Part shown: piece by piece, positions 9,860 to 19,629 of the stretch | Position numbering within the stretch: the first letter of the stretch is position 1 | Layout: every line of letters begins with the position of its first letter | NCBI GenBank assembly: GCA_963777495.1 | Contig: CAVZQM010000001.1 | Span: 195,537-259,536, forward strand | Direction of reading: 5' to 3' | Length of the DNA stretch: 64,000 nt | Origin: an uncultured Actinomycetes bacterium | GTDB taxonomy: Bacteria > Actinomycetota > UBA4738 > HRBIN12 | The notes under the pieces: model-generated | What the model saw: the letters and a program-made list of their open reading frames with translations, nothing else | Database searches by the model: none | Told to the model about the DNA's origin: nothing | Position numbers and translations under genes: made by a program

Positions 9860-11584
9860 TCAGGCGATCACCGCGAAGGCGTCGATCGAAGTCTGGGTGC
9901 CGCGAGCGGCGGGTCGCGCTTGCCCCAGCACGACGATGCGCAGTTCGTGCGACCCGAGGTTCAGGCCGGCGATCGTCCGCGTCGCCGTCGCCGGCGCGCT
10001 CGCGTAGTTGTCCACGGTCTTGACCAGTGCTCCGTCGACGAAGATCTGCGCCCGGCCCTGGTGAGGACCCCGCATCGTGTGCCATACGACGCCCGTGCCG
10101 TAGAAGTCGAACGTCGCCGTCGTTCCGGCCAGGTCGCTGACGGCGACGTCACCACCGGACGCCGCCGCGTTCTTCGCTCGACCCCACGCGTGTCGCAGCT
10201 CCGGGTTCGACAGGATCGTTCCGCCGGCCTCGATCGCGTCGACCGCGACCTGCGTGTCCGGGGCGTTCTTGGACCCCTTCTGTCCCAGCACCCGGATCGT
10301 GATCGTGTGCTCGCCGGGCGCGAGTTGACGGAACGACCGAGGCACCCTGAACGTGGCCGACGGCGCGTACTGGTTGAACGTGCCGTGCGGACGGCCGTCG
10401 ATCCACACCGACGCCTTCCCCTGCGCAGGCCCCATCACCGTGTACCACGTGACGGTCTTGCCCTTGAAGTCGAACGAGGCGGTCGCTCCGGCGAGGTGGT
10501 CGACGGCGTAGGAGCGACCGAACGCGCTCGCCGACGCCACCGAGCGCCATGTGTAGTCGATCGCAGCGCTCGCCTGTTCCACCTCGGTCGGCGCCGCGAA
10601 CACGGCTTCGGTCGTCGCGGCGGCGTTCCCTCCGCGATCCACGATGGGGTTGATGGTTCCGGCCGGGTTCACGACCACCTGATAGCTCTGCCCGGGGATG
10701 AGCGCGTCGGTCGCTTCGAGCACCGTGACGATGACGTTCCCTGAGTTGCAGTTGACCTGTTGCCCCGCCTTGGAGGCGCACGTGATGGAGGCATCCACCG
10801 GGACGCCGGAGGACAACAGCGAGAGGTTCTCCGAAGACACCCTGCGCACGATCTCGCTGAACGAGACGGTGACCGGCCCGGTCACTCCGGTGGGTGTGGC
10901 GATCGTCGCCAGCGGCGCGACCGTATCGGGGTTGGGGATCAGGATCGGCGTCAGGTCCAACCCGTCGTACCAGTCCAGGTCGACGCAGCCCTGGATGCCC
11001 GGGACCGTGCCGCAGTTGCTGTGCTGCCAGATCGTCCAGCCATACCCCTGCCAGTCGTTCGCCGGGAGGATCGGCGCCGCGACCCCCCAGTGGGCGACCC
11101 ACAGCACCGTGTAGCCCGCGTCGGCGATCGCCGTGGTGTCGGCCATACGATCTTTCCAACCGTTGGGGCTGGTGTAGACCATCGGCTTGACCCCGGTTCG
11201 CTCCGTGACGCGGGCGAGCCACCCCAGCACCCAGTCGGTGAGCTCAGCGGGCGACAGGTCACCGGAGCGCTCCAGGTCGAGCACCGGCAGGATGTTGCCC
11301 GGCGCGAGCTGCGCGGTATCGACGTAGTGATCCGCCTCCGGGACGGGATCGAACGGATGGAGGTCGGGGCGGGCGAAGTGGTAGGCACCGAACGTGATGC
11401 CCGCAGCCATGGCCTCGGCGCGGTTCGTCGAGAAGCGCGGGTCCACGAACCCTGTGCCCTCCGTGGCCTTCGCGATCGCGAACCGGACGCCGGACCCGGC
11501 GACCTTCGTCCAGTCGATCTCGTCCTGATGATGGCTGACGTCGATCCCGGGGAGGCTGTCGGGAGGAGGAGCGAACGTCGTCAT
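9860..11584 (-). CDS. GH25 family muramidase (lysozyme) with two C-terminal ~100-aa tandem repeat domains
   Basis: GH25 signature GIDVSHHQ...DW...FAIAKATEG...GAYHFARP. Two homologous repeats (…TASFDFKGKTVTWYTVMGPAQGKASVWIDG… and …TATFDFYGTGVVWHTMRGPHQGRAQIFVDG…). The first ATG is at 11584, but the upstream in-frame 40 codons encode a Tat/Sec-like signal (LRRASRAITGALAALACIASLVSASAAAHA) with no canonical start. Confidence 0.8.
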   Translation of the reverse strand: MTTFAPPPDSLPGIDVSHHQDEIDWTKVAGSGVRFAIAKATEGTGFVDPRFSTNRAEAMAAGITFGAYHFARPDLHPFDPVPEADHYVDTAQLAPGNILPVLDLERSGDLSPAELTDWVLGWLARVTERTGVKPMVYTSPNGWKDRMADTTAIADAGYTVLWVAHWGVAAPILPANDWQGYGWTIWQHSNCGTVPGIQGCVDLDWYDGLDLTPILIPNPDTVAPLATIATPTGVTGPVTVSFSEIVRRVSSENLSLLSSGVPVDASITCASKAGQQVNCNSGNVIVTVLEATDALIPGQSYQVVVNPAGTINPIVDRGGNAAATTEAVFAAPTEVEQASAAIDYTWRSVASASAFGRSYAVDHLAGATASFDFKGKTVTWYTVMGPAQGKASVWIDGRPHGTFNQYAPSATFRVPRSFRQLAPGEHTITIRVLGQKGSKNAPDTQVAVDAIEAGGTILSNPELRHAWGRAKNAAASGGDVAVSDLAGTTATFDFYGTGVVWHTMRGPHQGRAQIFVDGALVKTVDNYASAPATATRTIAGLNLGSHELRIVVLGQARPAARGTQTSIDAFAVIA

Positions 11585-11700
11585 CGGCCGTGGATGCGCG
11601 GCCCGACGGGGCTGGGCGTGGGCAGCAGCCGACGCCGACACCAACGACGCGATGCATGCGAGCGCCGCGAGGGCGCCCGTGATCGCGCGGGACGCCCGTC

Positions 11701-12231
11701 TCAGTGCCGCGGCTTCAGTCCTGACGTCAGGGACTCGCAGAGGTCCGTCGACTGACCGAGGGTCGTCCTGGATGACACGAGGAAGACCCCGGACTTCACG
11801 TCGTACGTGCCTCGCATCAGCACCACGCCGGTCACCCATTGGAAGAACGACGTGCCGAGCGACGTATCGGTGCCCCAGATCGCTCCGCGGCCCACGAACA
11901 GGATCGTGCTGCTTCCGTCGCGATTCGGCGTGGACGTCAGCAACCAGTTCTCGTCGAGCAGCATGGCTCCGCCGGTCCCGCCCGTGTACTCGGTCGACGT
12001 CTCGGTACGGAGGGTCTGCAGCACCACCGAGCCTCGGCGGTCCGTCCAGGTGTTGAGGGTGCGCGGATCTCGCTGCGTGACCAGTGCCGTGAAGCCGCAC
12101 GCGTTCTCGACGGGCACACCGATGTGCGCGGGCACGGACTCGGTCGACCTGCCCGCGGCGAGCGCAGGCTGGGTCCCGACGAACAGGACGCCCGAGAGGG
12201 TCAGCGCGGCGAGCACGAGGGATCTCCGCAT
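11701..12231 (-). CDS. secreted hypothetical protein
   Basis: 176-aa ORF with N-terminal signal peptide (MRRSLVLAALTLSGVLFVGTQPALA); overlaps the upstream extension of the GH25 ORF in another frame. Confidence 0.5.
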   Translation of the reverse strand: MRRSLVLAALTLSGVLFVGTQPALAAGRSTESVPAHIGVPVENACGFTALVTQRDPRTLNTWTDRRGSVVLQTLRTETSTEYTGGTGGAMLLDENWLLTSTPNRDGSSTILFVGRGAIWGTDTSLGTSFFQWVTGVVLMRGTYDVKSGVFLVSSRTTLGQSTDLCESLTSGLKPRH

Positions 12232-12271
12232 CCGGATAGGGTCTCACGACGGTCAACGAACGCCATATACG

Positions 12272-13633
12272 ATGCTGGCGCCGATGGACGCGCACCGCTC
12301 CCGCATGCCTCGCCCTCGTGCATGGGTCGTTCCCCGGACGCTGCGTCGCTTCCTAGAGCCGTCCGTCGAGATGCGGCCGATCTCGCTGCGGTTCGTGGAT
12401 CCCGCGCTCGAGGAGACGTTCCAGGAGTCGTATTTCCGCGAGAGCCTCCCGTACGTCCGGCTGGCCCACATCCTGGGTATCGGACTCTGGGCGGTGTTCG
12501 GGTTCCTGGCGGATATCGTGATCGTCGGGGATCAAGAGACCGACCTGCTGATCCGGTACGCGATCGCCGTGCCGCTGTTGATCCTCAGCCTCGCGGTGAC
12601 GTACGCACCATCGTTCGGGCGGTTCTGGCGCTGGTGGATGTGCTTCATCTTGCTGGCCAACGCCGGGCTCTGGTCCACGCATCGGGCGTTGGTCCCTTCC
12701 GCGCCTGCCGACTGGGCGTACGCCGGACTCATGGTCGTCCTGATGTTCTGCTACGTCCTCAGCCGCCTGCCTTTCGCGTACTCGTCGATCCTGGGGGTCG
12801 TGATGATCGCGTATCACAACGTGGTCAGCTACGGGATCTTGCACGACAGCGTTCGCGAGCTCTGGCTCGCGGATTCGTTCCTGATCGGCATCGCGGTGAT
12901 CGGCATGGCGGCGGCGTACGGCCTGGACCGGACGACCCGCCTGGTGTTCCTGCGCGAGGGACAGCTGGACCGCGCGCGCCGGCGAGCGGACGAGCTCCTG
13001 CGCAACACGCTGCCCGGATCGGTCGTCGACCGGCTCCAGGCGCGGGATCGGATGCCGGAGGCGGCGCAGATCGCCGATCGCCTGGAGAGCGTGACGGTGC
13101 TCTTCGCGGATCTCGTCCGGTTCACGGAGCACGCGTCACTGGTCGCTCCCCACGAGCTGGTCGTCGCGCTCGACGACGTGTTCACGCGTTTCGACGAGCT
13201 GGCGGACCGCGTCGGGATGGAGAAGATCAAGACGGTCGGTGACGCGTACATGGCCGTCGCCGGCGCGCCGGACCCGCAACCCGACCACGCCGCCGCCGCC
13301 GCCGAGATGGCCCTGGAGATCATCGACTGCATGGCCGGCGCACGTTGGCCGACCGGAGAACCGATGGACGTGCGGGTTGGCGTGGCGTCGGGCCCCGTCG
13401 TGGCGGGTGTGATCGGTCGGAGGAAGTTCGCCTACGACCTGTGGGGTGACACGGTGAACGTGGCGAGCCGTCTGGAGTCGCACGGAGACCCGGGCCAGAT
13501 CCTCGTGTCCGGCTCGACTCACCTGCTGCTCGCGGGCCGGTACGTGTTCAGCGAGCCGCGCATCGTGCAGCTGAAGGGCAAAGGACCGACGCAGGCGTGG
13601 TTCCTGGTGGGTCGGGCGGACGGAGCCGCCTAG
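12272..13633 (+). CDS. membrane-anchored class III adenylate/guanylate cyclase
   Basis: About six predicted N-terminal TM helices followed by a CHD cyclase domain (FADLVRFT..., KTVGDAYM, WGDTVNVASRLES); ATG 12272 is the first in-frame start after the upstream genes. Confidence 0.85.
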   Translation: MLAPMDAHRSRMPRPRAWVVPRTLRRFLEPSVEMRPISLRFVDPALEETFQESYFRESLPYVRLAHILGIGLWAVFGFLADIVIVGDQETDLLIRYAIAVPLLILSLAVTYAPSFGRFWRWWMCFILLANAGLWSTHRALVPSAPADWAYAGLMVVLMFCYVLSRLPFAYSSILGVVMIAYHNVVSYGILHDSVRELWLADSFLIGIAVIGMAAAYGLDRTTRLVFLREGQLDRARRRADELLRNTLPGSVVDRLQARDRMPEAAQIADRLESVTVLFADLVRFTEHASLVAPHELVVALDDVFTRFDELADRVGMEKIKTVGDAYMAVAGAPDPQPDHAAAAAEMALEIIDCMAGARWPTGEPMDVRVGVASGPVVAGVIGRRKFAYDLWGDTVNVASRLESHGDPGQILVSGSTHLLLAGRYVFSEPRIVQLKGKGPTQAWFLVGRADGAA

Positions 13634-14592
13634 ACCGGGTTGGTCCAGGCAGAGCGCCCTGCCTCGTCGGTCGCCACGACCCGGACGAACGGCAGATCCT
13701 CGACCTTGGGGGCGAACTCCGCGGCCACGACCAGCCCCGTGGCGTCCCGCTCCAGGATCCGCGCTCCCTCCTGCCTTCCCCGGTGATCGGCGCGCACCGC
13801 CCACCCCTCTTGGAATCGCGTGTGGAGACGCACGGAGCGACACGGGCTGCACCGGACCTCGATCCGTTCGCCGTCGCGACGAACATCGTGCAGCACGGGG
13901 CCGTGCGACGCATACATGCGGCCGGAGCGGAGCGCCTGGAGCACCGCCTCGGGTGTGCGATCCGCGGCATGCACCATGGTCCACGCGTCGCCGATGTCGA
14001 ACAACGGGTAGTGGCTGTCGTCGGTGGCGATCGCGGAGAGCGACATGCCGGCCTCCAGCGACACGTCCCAGAGGTAGGAGGAGTCTCCGCGTCCGCTCTC
14101 GCGTTCCGCGCTCGCGTTGAAGAGCTCCAGACCCGTCAGTCCCTCGGCCGCGAGGATCACTTCGGGAGTCAGGCCGCTCCAGTAGGGATGGGCGACGAAC
14201 GCCGCGCCACCCCGGCCGATGATGAACGCCGCCGCCGCGGTGAGGTCGGGGAACGTTCGGAACTCGTAGTTGTCGATCGGTTCCCAGAACGCGCGGTCCC
14301 CGCCGGGATCATCCGGCAACTCGTCGATCCCGATCGCGAGGATCTCCGTGTAGCGGCCCGGCCCCAGGGGGTCGACCGCCAGCTCTGCGCCCGTGATCAC
14401 CACCAGGTGTTCGGTCGACGGCACCGATGTGAGCTTCCAGTGGTCGGTGATCGCGATGACGTCGAACCCCGCCCACTCGTAGTGCTGGGTGACCGCCTCG
14501 GGCCGCAGCTCGCCGTCGCTCTCGAACGTGTGCGTGTGCAGCGCCGTCTTCAGCCAGACCCCATCGCCCTCGAACGCACCCGCTGCTTCCAC
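13630..14592 (-). CDS. PHP-domain metal-dependent phosphoesterase (CehA/McbA-like)
   Basis: Intact 320-aa ORF; PHP motif LHTHTFESDG near the N-terminus and further His/Asp metal ligands. Confidence 0.7.
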   Translation of the reverse strand: MEAAGAFEGDGVWLKTALHTHTFESDGELRPEAVTQHYEWAGFDVIAITDHWKLTSVPSTEHLVVITGAELAVDPLGPGRYTEILAIGIDELPDDPGGDRAFWEPIDNYEFRTFPDLTAAAAFIIGRGGAAFVAHPYWSGLTPEVILAAEGLTGLELFNASAERESGRGDSSYLWDVSLEAGMSLSAIATDDSHYPLFDIGDAWTMVHAADRTPEAVLQALRSGRMYASHGPVLHDVRRDGERIEVRCSPCRSVRLHTRFQEGWAVRADHRGRQEGARILERDATGLVVAAEFAPKVEDLPFVRVVATDEAGRSAWTNPV

Positions 14593-14602
14593 GCCGCGGA
14601 TG

Positions 14603-15511
14603 CTAGCCGGTCGCTCCGGGCAGCAGGGCCACGACGGCGCCGAGTTCGCGGATCGACGCTTCGGTGATCGGGCCGACGACCAGGATCACCTCGTCCGCTC
14701 CGGCCTCGGCCATCTGCATCAGCCCGTCGGCGATCCGTTCCGGCGTCCCCTCGAGTGGCGGGTTCGCGACATCGACCGGTCGCTCGCTCGCGCCGCGGTC
14801 GAGCACGACGTGGACGCACGCGCTCCGCTCGATCTCGCGCGGATCTCTCCCGGCGCGCACGACGGCGGCGTCGATCTCGGCGTTCCGCGACGCGAAGCCC
14901 TCGGGCGTGTTGCCGTACCAGTCGAACCACGTGTTCCACACGTCGACGTGGGGGAGCGCGATCGACAACACCCGTTCGCCCGTGCTCCCGATCATGAGGG
15001 TTGGGCGGCGGGCGGGCTTGGGCAACAGCACGGCGTCGTCCACCTGGTGATAGGCCCCGCGGAACGTCACGCGTTCGCCCGCGAGGAGGCGGCGCACGAT
15101 ACCGAACGCTTCCTCGAAACGGGACGCGCGATGATCGAACGGAACGCCGAACGCGTCGAACTCCGTCCGGTTCCACCCGGCGCCGATCGCCATGACCAAG
15201 CGCCCGCCGCTCACCTCGTCGACGGTCGCCGCCATCCTCGCCAGGATCGCCGGTGGGTGGAACCCGGCGCAGGCGACCAGCGGACCGAGCCGGACGCGAT
15301 CGGTGACGGCGGCGAGCCCGGCCAGCAGGGTCCATGCATCCCACGGTCCGCGCTCGGGCCGGCCGTCGTCGCGATAGAGCAGGTGGTCGCCGACCCAGAT
15401 CGAATCGAACCCCACGTCTTCCGCCGCGCGCGCCATGGCCACGTATTCCGGCCAGCGCACGTCACGCTCGACCTCGGGGAGCTGCACGCCGATACGGAGC
15501 GGCCGCGGCAC
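14603..15511 (-). CDS. LLM-class F420-dependent oxidoreductase (luciferase-like monooxygenase family)
   Basis: Intact 302-aa ORF; TIM-barrel LLM signatures (IWVGDHLL, LGPLVA); 10 nt downstream of the PHP gene, so probably one operon. Confidence 0.8.
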   Translation of the reverse strand: MPRPLRIGVQLPEVERDVRWPEYVAMARAAEDVGFDSIWVGDHLLYRDDGRPERGPWDAWTLLAGLAAVTDRVRLGPLVACAGFHPPAILARMAATVDEVSGGRLVMAIGAGWNRTEFDAFGVPFDHRASRFEEAFGIVRRLLAGERVTFRGAYHQVDDAVLLPKPARRPTLMIGSTGERVLSIALPHVDVWNTWFDWYGNTPEGFASRNAEIDAAVVRAGRDPREIERSACVHVVLDRGASERPVDVANPPLEGTPERIADGLMQMAEAGADEVILVVGPITEASIRELGAVVALLPGATG

Positions 15512-15571
15512 CCGGGCAGTGTATCGACGGGTGCCGCGGCCGCTGTGTCGCAGCTGGTGTACGACGAGCCG

Positions 15572-16036
15572 CTACGACTCGTCGACGATGACGGTGTTCG
15601 TCGGTGCGGTGATGACCTGACGGGGACCGAGGAATCCGGCGATCATGGACACGATCCCACCCGCCAGGACCAGCCACGCGCCGATCTCGATCACGTCGTC
15701 GGCCGAGGACCGATAGACCTCGATCGCGAACAGGACGAACCCGACGACGGCGACCGCTCCCGCGAGCCGCGTCAGCCAGCCGGTCCCCATCGCGAGGCCG
15801 ACCACCGCGACCAACCCGGCCACGATCATCGCGAACCCGGCGGAACTCACGAAGGTCTCCGTGGTCTGGAAGTTCGTCGTCCAGAAGGCCTGGATGTCGA
15901 GCTTGGTGCCTTGGATCGAGCGCGTCCAGTCCATGAACGCGCCGACGATCAGACCGGCCGCTCCCACGAGCGTCAGGGCGATGCGGCCGCCGATGCTCGC
16001 CGCGGTGCTGTTGGCTGTGCCATAGGTCGTCGTCAT
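15572..16036 (-). CDS. hypothetical integral membrane protein
   Basis: Start at internal ATG 16036 with perfect RBS GAGGAGGTGG; four hydrophobic helices. Confidence 0.55.
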   Translation of the reverse strand: MTTTYGTANSTAASIGGRIALTLVGAAGLIVGAFMDWTRSIQGTKLDIQAFWTTNFQTTETFVSSAGFAMIVAGLVAVVGLAMGTGWLTRLAGAVAVVGFVLFAIEVYRSSADDVIEIGAWLVLAGGIVSMIAGFLGPRQVITAPTNTVIVDES

Positions 16037-16094
16037 GCGACCACCTCCTCGGGAGGGGGTCTTCCCCACCTCGAGGCCGCTCACACCTCCAGGA

Positions 16095-16781
16095 TCAGTC
16101 CGATCCGGACCCGGGCAACGCGAGCGTCAGGGTCTCGGGCACGACCCTCACGTACACCCCCGTGGCCGCGCCGAGGACAGCGACCTCCGGTCCGGCGAAC
16201 GACGAGAAATCCTCCGGCACCGGCATCAACGTGCCGACGAACGTCACCGCGACGCCCGGGCTGGGGACCGGCGCACCGGCTGCCTGGTATGGCATGAAGG
16301 CGACGATCATCGCGCCCGACGGAGACGTGAGTGTGAACGTCTGTTCGCTGTACACGTCCAGGACGGTCGGGCCGTCACCCATGGCAACGGAGCCGATGAA
16401 GCTCTGTGCCGCACCCAGTTGGGCGACCGAGAGCGCATCCACGCTGCCGGCGACGTCAACGGTGTGCGTCCGGTACGTGTCGGGAACCGGCAGGGCGTAC
16501 GCCGTCCAGGTGGCATCGGCCGCGGCCGGTGTCGCGGTGCCGGACTCCGGCTCAGCCTCCGCCTCGACGGTGCTCGTCGTCGCCAGCAGCACGAACAGGA
16601 GCGCGATCAGCGCCAGGACCGCCAGACCGACGATGAACGGCGCCTCGCGCCGCTCGAACCACGCCGGCGAGCGCTCTTCGATGACGGTCGGCGCGGCAGG
16701 GGCCGGCTCGGCTTCGGGAACATGAACGATGACTTCCGGTTCGCGCTCGACCAGCGAGCCCTGTGGCTCTTCGGATACCAC
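16095..16781 (-). CDS. hypothetical single-pass membrane protein with Ala/Pro-rich extracytoplasmic domain
   Basis: GTG start at 16781 with RBS AAGGAGGAACCAC; one TM helix (FIVGLAVLALIALLFVLLA). Confidence 0.55.
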   Translation of the reverse strand: MVSEEPQGSLVEREPEVIVHVPEAEPAPAAPTVIEERSPAWFERREAPFIVGLAVLALIALLFVLLATTSTVEAEAEPESGTATPAAADATWTAYALPVPDTYRTHTVDVAGSVDALSVAQLGAAQSFIGSVAMGDGPTVLDVYSEQTFTLTSPSGAMIVAFMPYQAAGAPVPSPGVAVTFVGTLMPVPEDFSSFAGPEVAVLGAATGVYVRVVPETLTLALPGSGSD

Positions 16782-16892
16782 GTGGTTCCTCCTTGGGGGC
16801 CCGACCGTGGCGGCCGGGATGGAGAGCGTCTACCCCTGTCCCGTGCGCGTCAATCGTGCATCCGGCGGTGTTTCCGGCAGTGCTTCCGGGAC

Positions 16893-17057
16893 TCAGGAAC
16901 GCACGATCTTTGCGTGGAACAGGTGGCCACAATGCGTGCATGTCATGTTCACGCGCGCGCCGGGTCCCGCGTGGGTGAACGGCTCGGTCTTGGGCGATCC
17001 GCAGTGGGGGCAGTCCGGACGCGGAGGGGGATCCTTCCGTTCGTCCTGCGCCGTCAC
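16893..17057 (-). CDS. small zinc-ribbon protein
   Basis: 54-aa product from GTG 17057 (RBS GGAAGGA); CPHCG...CTHCG double CxxC ribbon; the upstream part of the longer ORF is Arg-rich junk. Confidence 0.4.
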   Translation of the reverse strand: MTAQDERKDPPPRPDCPHCGSPKTEPFTHAGPGARVNMTCTHCGHLFHAKIVRS

Positions 17058-17106
17058 GTCCGTCCTTCCGTTCGGCCGGGTCGCCGCGCGGCCCGCGCCC
17101 GACAGC

Positions 17107-18156
17107 CTACCCGCGCCGTCGCGACGCGGGCTCGAACCACCACGGCGTGAAGCCTCGATCGTTCTCGTCCACGAGCGTCCCCGGCGGCACCACCTCGTCG
17201 ATCGCATCCAGCGTGGCGCCGTCCAACCGCACGTCCGCCCCCGCCAGCAGGTCGTCCAACTGGTCGACCCTCCGCGGTCCGATGATCGCCGATGTGACCG
17301 CCGGATGCGCGAGCGTGAAGGCGATCGCCATGTGGGTCATCGACACGCCTGCCTCGGCCGCGATCTTGGCAAGCGGCTCGACCAGGTCGAGCTTGCGCTG
17401 GTTCTCGGGTCGCGAGAGATCGAACTGGGCGGCGATGGCGGGTCCGCGCTCCTTGACGCGCGCGGCGCGGGCATCGGGGGACTCGTCGAAGTCCTCGCGG
17501 CGGTAGCGACCACTGAGCCAGCCGCGCGCGAGCGGGCTCCAGACCAGGACACCCATCCCCAGGCGCTGGGCGACGGGTAGGACGTCGTGCTCGATGTGAC
17601 GCACGAAGATCGAGTAGGGCGGCTGCTCGGTGCGGAACGCCGAGAGTCCCCGTCGTTCCGCGGTCCACTGCGCCTCGATCAACTGCCAACCCGGGAACGT
17701 CGACGAGCCGAACGCGCGGATCTTCCCTTGGCGCTGCAGGTCGGTCAGCGCGGACAGCGTCTCCTCCACCGCGGTCTCACCCTCGGGTCGATGCACCTGA
17801 TAGAGGTCGATGTGGTCGGTGCCCAGGCGGCGCAGGCTGTCCTCGACGGCCCGCATGATCCACAGGCGCGAGTTGCCGCGCTGGTTCTGTCCGGGTCCCA
17901 TCGGATTGTGGAACTTGGTCGCCAACACGATGTCGTCGCGGACCGCTCCTCGCAGCGCCTGGCCGACGATCTCCTCGGAGCGGCCCATGGAGTAGATGTC
18001 GGCGGTGTCGACGAAGTTGATCCCCGCATCGATCGCGCGGTGGATGATCCGCGTGCAGTCATCAGCGTCGTCGTTGCCCCACGTCCCGAACATCATCGTG
18101 CCGAGGCAATGCGTGCTGACCCGCACGCCGGTGGTGCCGAGTGTCCGATACTCCAT
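17107..18156 (-). CDS. aldo/keto reductase
   Basis: Intact 349-aa ORF; AKR motifs (INFVDTADIY, LYQVHRPE, LVWSPL). Confidence 0.85.
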   Translation of the reverse strand: MEYRTLGTTGVRVSTHCLGTMMFGTWGNDDADDCTRIIHRAIDAGINFVDTADIYSMGRSEEIVGQALRGAVRDDIVLATKFHNPMGPGQNQRGNSRLWIMRAVEDSLRRLGTDHIDLYQVHRPEGETAVEETLSALTDLQRQGKIRAFGSSTFPGWQLIEAQWTAERRGLSAFRTEQPPYSIFVRHIEHDVLPVAQRLGMGVLVWSPLARGWLSGRYRREDFDESPDARAARVKERGPAIAAQFDLSRPENQRKLDLVEPLAKIAAEAGVSMTHMAIAFTLAHPAVTSAIIGPRRVDQLDDLLAGADVRLDGATLDAIDEVVPPGTLVDENDRGFTPWWFEPASRRRG

Positions 18157-18168
18157 GCTCCCTCCGTT

Positions 18169-19068
18169 CTACGTCGAACCGGTGCTGTCCATGGCGGCCA
18201 AGAGCCTGACGACCGAGCCGCGCAGCCCGTGCTCCTCCGCGAGCGCCCGCAACGCCGCGTCGTCCCGCGTTCCCGCCCAGACCTCGACGGGGCACGTCAC
18301 CTCGATCGGGACCAGCTTGCGCATGGCCGCCAGATAGTCCTCAGCGTCCCGAACCCGCGCGCGGAGCGCCGGCTTCCCCTTCAACGGCCCCGGGCGAGGT
18401 TCGCCGCTCGCGGCGTCGGCGAGCAGTTCGTCCAGCGAACCGTACGTCTGGATCAGGGCGCGAGCGGTCTTCTCGCCGACGCCCTGTACACCGGGCAGCT
18501 CGTCGGAAGGATCGCCGCGCAGGATCGCGAACTCCGCGTAGCGCGACGCCGGGACACCGTACTTCTCCAGCACGGTCGCCTCGTCGAACTCGAGCAGCTC
18601 GGAGACGCCGCGGACCGTGAACAGGAGGCGGACCGAGGGATCGCGGACCAGTTGGATCAGATCGCGATCGCCGGAGACCATCTCGAATCGGTCGTCGTCG
18701 CCGGCGTCGGCGCAGATCGCACCGATCGCGTCCTCGGCCTCCCATGTGGGCGCCTGCGCCTGCCGCATCCCCGTCAGGTCGAGCGCGCGGCGCAGGAGCG
18801 CGAACTGCACCGTGAGCTCCTCCGGCTCATCCGGCCGCGTGGCCTTGTACCCCGGGTAGAGCTGGGTCCGGACCGTGGGACGCCAGTCGTGGTCGTACAC
18901 GTGGATCACGTCGTCGGGGCGCCGGCTCACGATCAACCGGGTCACCATGTCGAGGTAGCCCGCCACCGCACCGACGGACGTGCCGTCCGGGGCCTTGATC
19001 GCGTCCTTGAGCGCGAAATACGAGCGGTACCCGAGGCTCGAGACGTCCAGGAGGAGTCTGTGCACCAC
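18169..19068 (-). CDS. 5'-3' exonuclease (stand-alone Pol I N-terminal/FEN-like nuclease)
   Basis: LLLDVSSLGYRSYFAL..., YKATR, H3TH region GVQGVGEKTA; start GTG 19068 lies 3 nt after the upstream gene's stop at 19074 (ORF-track coordinate). Confidence 0.8.
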   Translation of the reverse strand: MVHRLLLDVSSLGYRSYFALKDAIKAPDGTSVGAVAGYLDMVTRLIVSRRPDDVIHVYDHDWRPTVRTQLYPGYKATRPDEPEELTVQFALLRRALDLTGMRQAQAPTWEAEDAIGAICADAGDDDRFEMVSGDRDLIQLVRDPSVRLLFTVRGVSELLEFDEATVLEKYGVPASRYAEFAILRGDPSDELPGVQGVGEKTARALIQTYGSLDELLADAASGEPRPGPLKGKPALRARVRDAEDYLAAMRKLVPIEVTCPVEVWAGTRDDAALRALAEEHGLRGSVVRLLAAMDSTGST

Positions 19069-19073
19069 GCGGA

Positions 19074-19478
19074 CTACCCTCTCCAACCCGCCACGCGTCC
19101 CGCCTGCTTGATCCATGCGCGCATCTCCGGTCCTCGCGCCTCGTCCAGGGTCTTCACCTTGACGTAGCGGCTCCGGTCGGTGGAGCCGAGCGGCGGCGGT
19201 GGGTCGAACTCCGCGCCACCGAGGAAGACCACGTTCACGGAGACGTCGTACGCGACCATCTCGATGATCCAGCCGAGTTCCGGGAGTCCGTAGTACGCCT
19301 TCTTCCATTTGACGGCGTAGCGAAGTCCGGGGATCGCCTTACGGATCGACCCATCCAACCCCTCGACGATCGGATGAAGATCCGGCATCACGCGCCGGAT
19401 CCAGTCCTCGATCTCGGCGTGGCTCTCCGATGGTTCGGGCGGCTTCCGAGTCGAGTTCGGCTTGCGCGCTTTGCCCAT
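19074..19478 (-). CDS. DUF1801 (YdhG-like) domain protein
   Basis: Intact 134-aa ORF with the typical DUF1801 core (…YGLPELGWIIEMVAYDVSVNVVF…). Confidence 0.65.
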   Translation of the reverse strand: MGKARKPNSTRKPPEPSESHAEIEDWIRRVMPDLHPIVEGLDGSIRKAIPGLRYAVKWKKAYYGLPELGWIIEMVAYDVSVNVVFLGGAEFDPPPPLGSTDRSRYVKVKTLDEARGPEMRAWIKQAGRVAGWRG

Positions 19479-19629
19479 CGCACGTACTCCTCTCCCGACC
19501 TGGCCAGGTTGACCGGGATCGAAGCGTATCGGGAAGCGGGGCGTCGAACGACCGGCCAGATCCGTCCTCCCCCCGGTAGGCGCTCAGCGCCAGGATGCCG
19601 GCAGGCGACGCGTTGGTAGCGTCGGGGCC

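Noticed and set aside
10149-11222. 357-aa and neighbouring long ORFs overlapping the GH25 gene
   Set aside because: Alternative frames of the well-supported muramidase gene; Arg/Gly-rich.
14489-16297. 602-aa ORF on the plus strand
   Set aside because: Antisense to the LLM oxidoreductase and two membrane-protein genes, all of which have clear family matches or RBSs; product is Arg/Pro-rich low complexity.
17587-19167. 526-aa ORF on the plus strand
   Set aside because: Antisense to the aldo/keto reductase and 5'-3' exonuclease; no recognisable domains.
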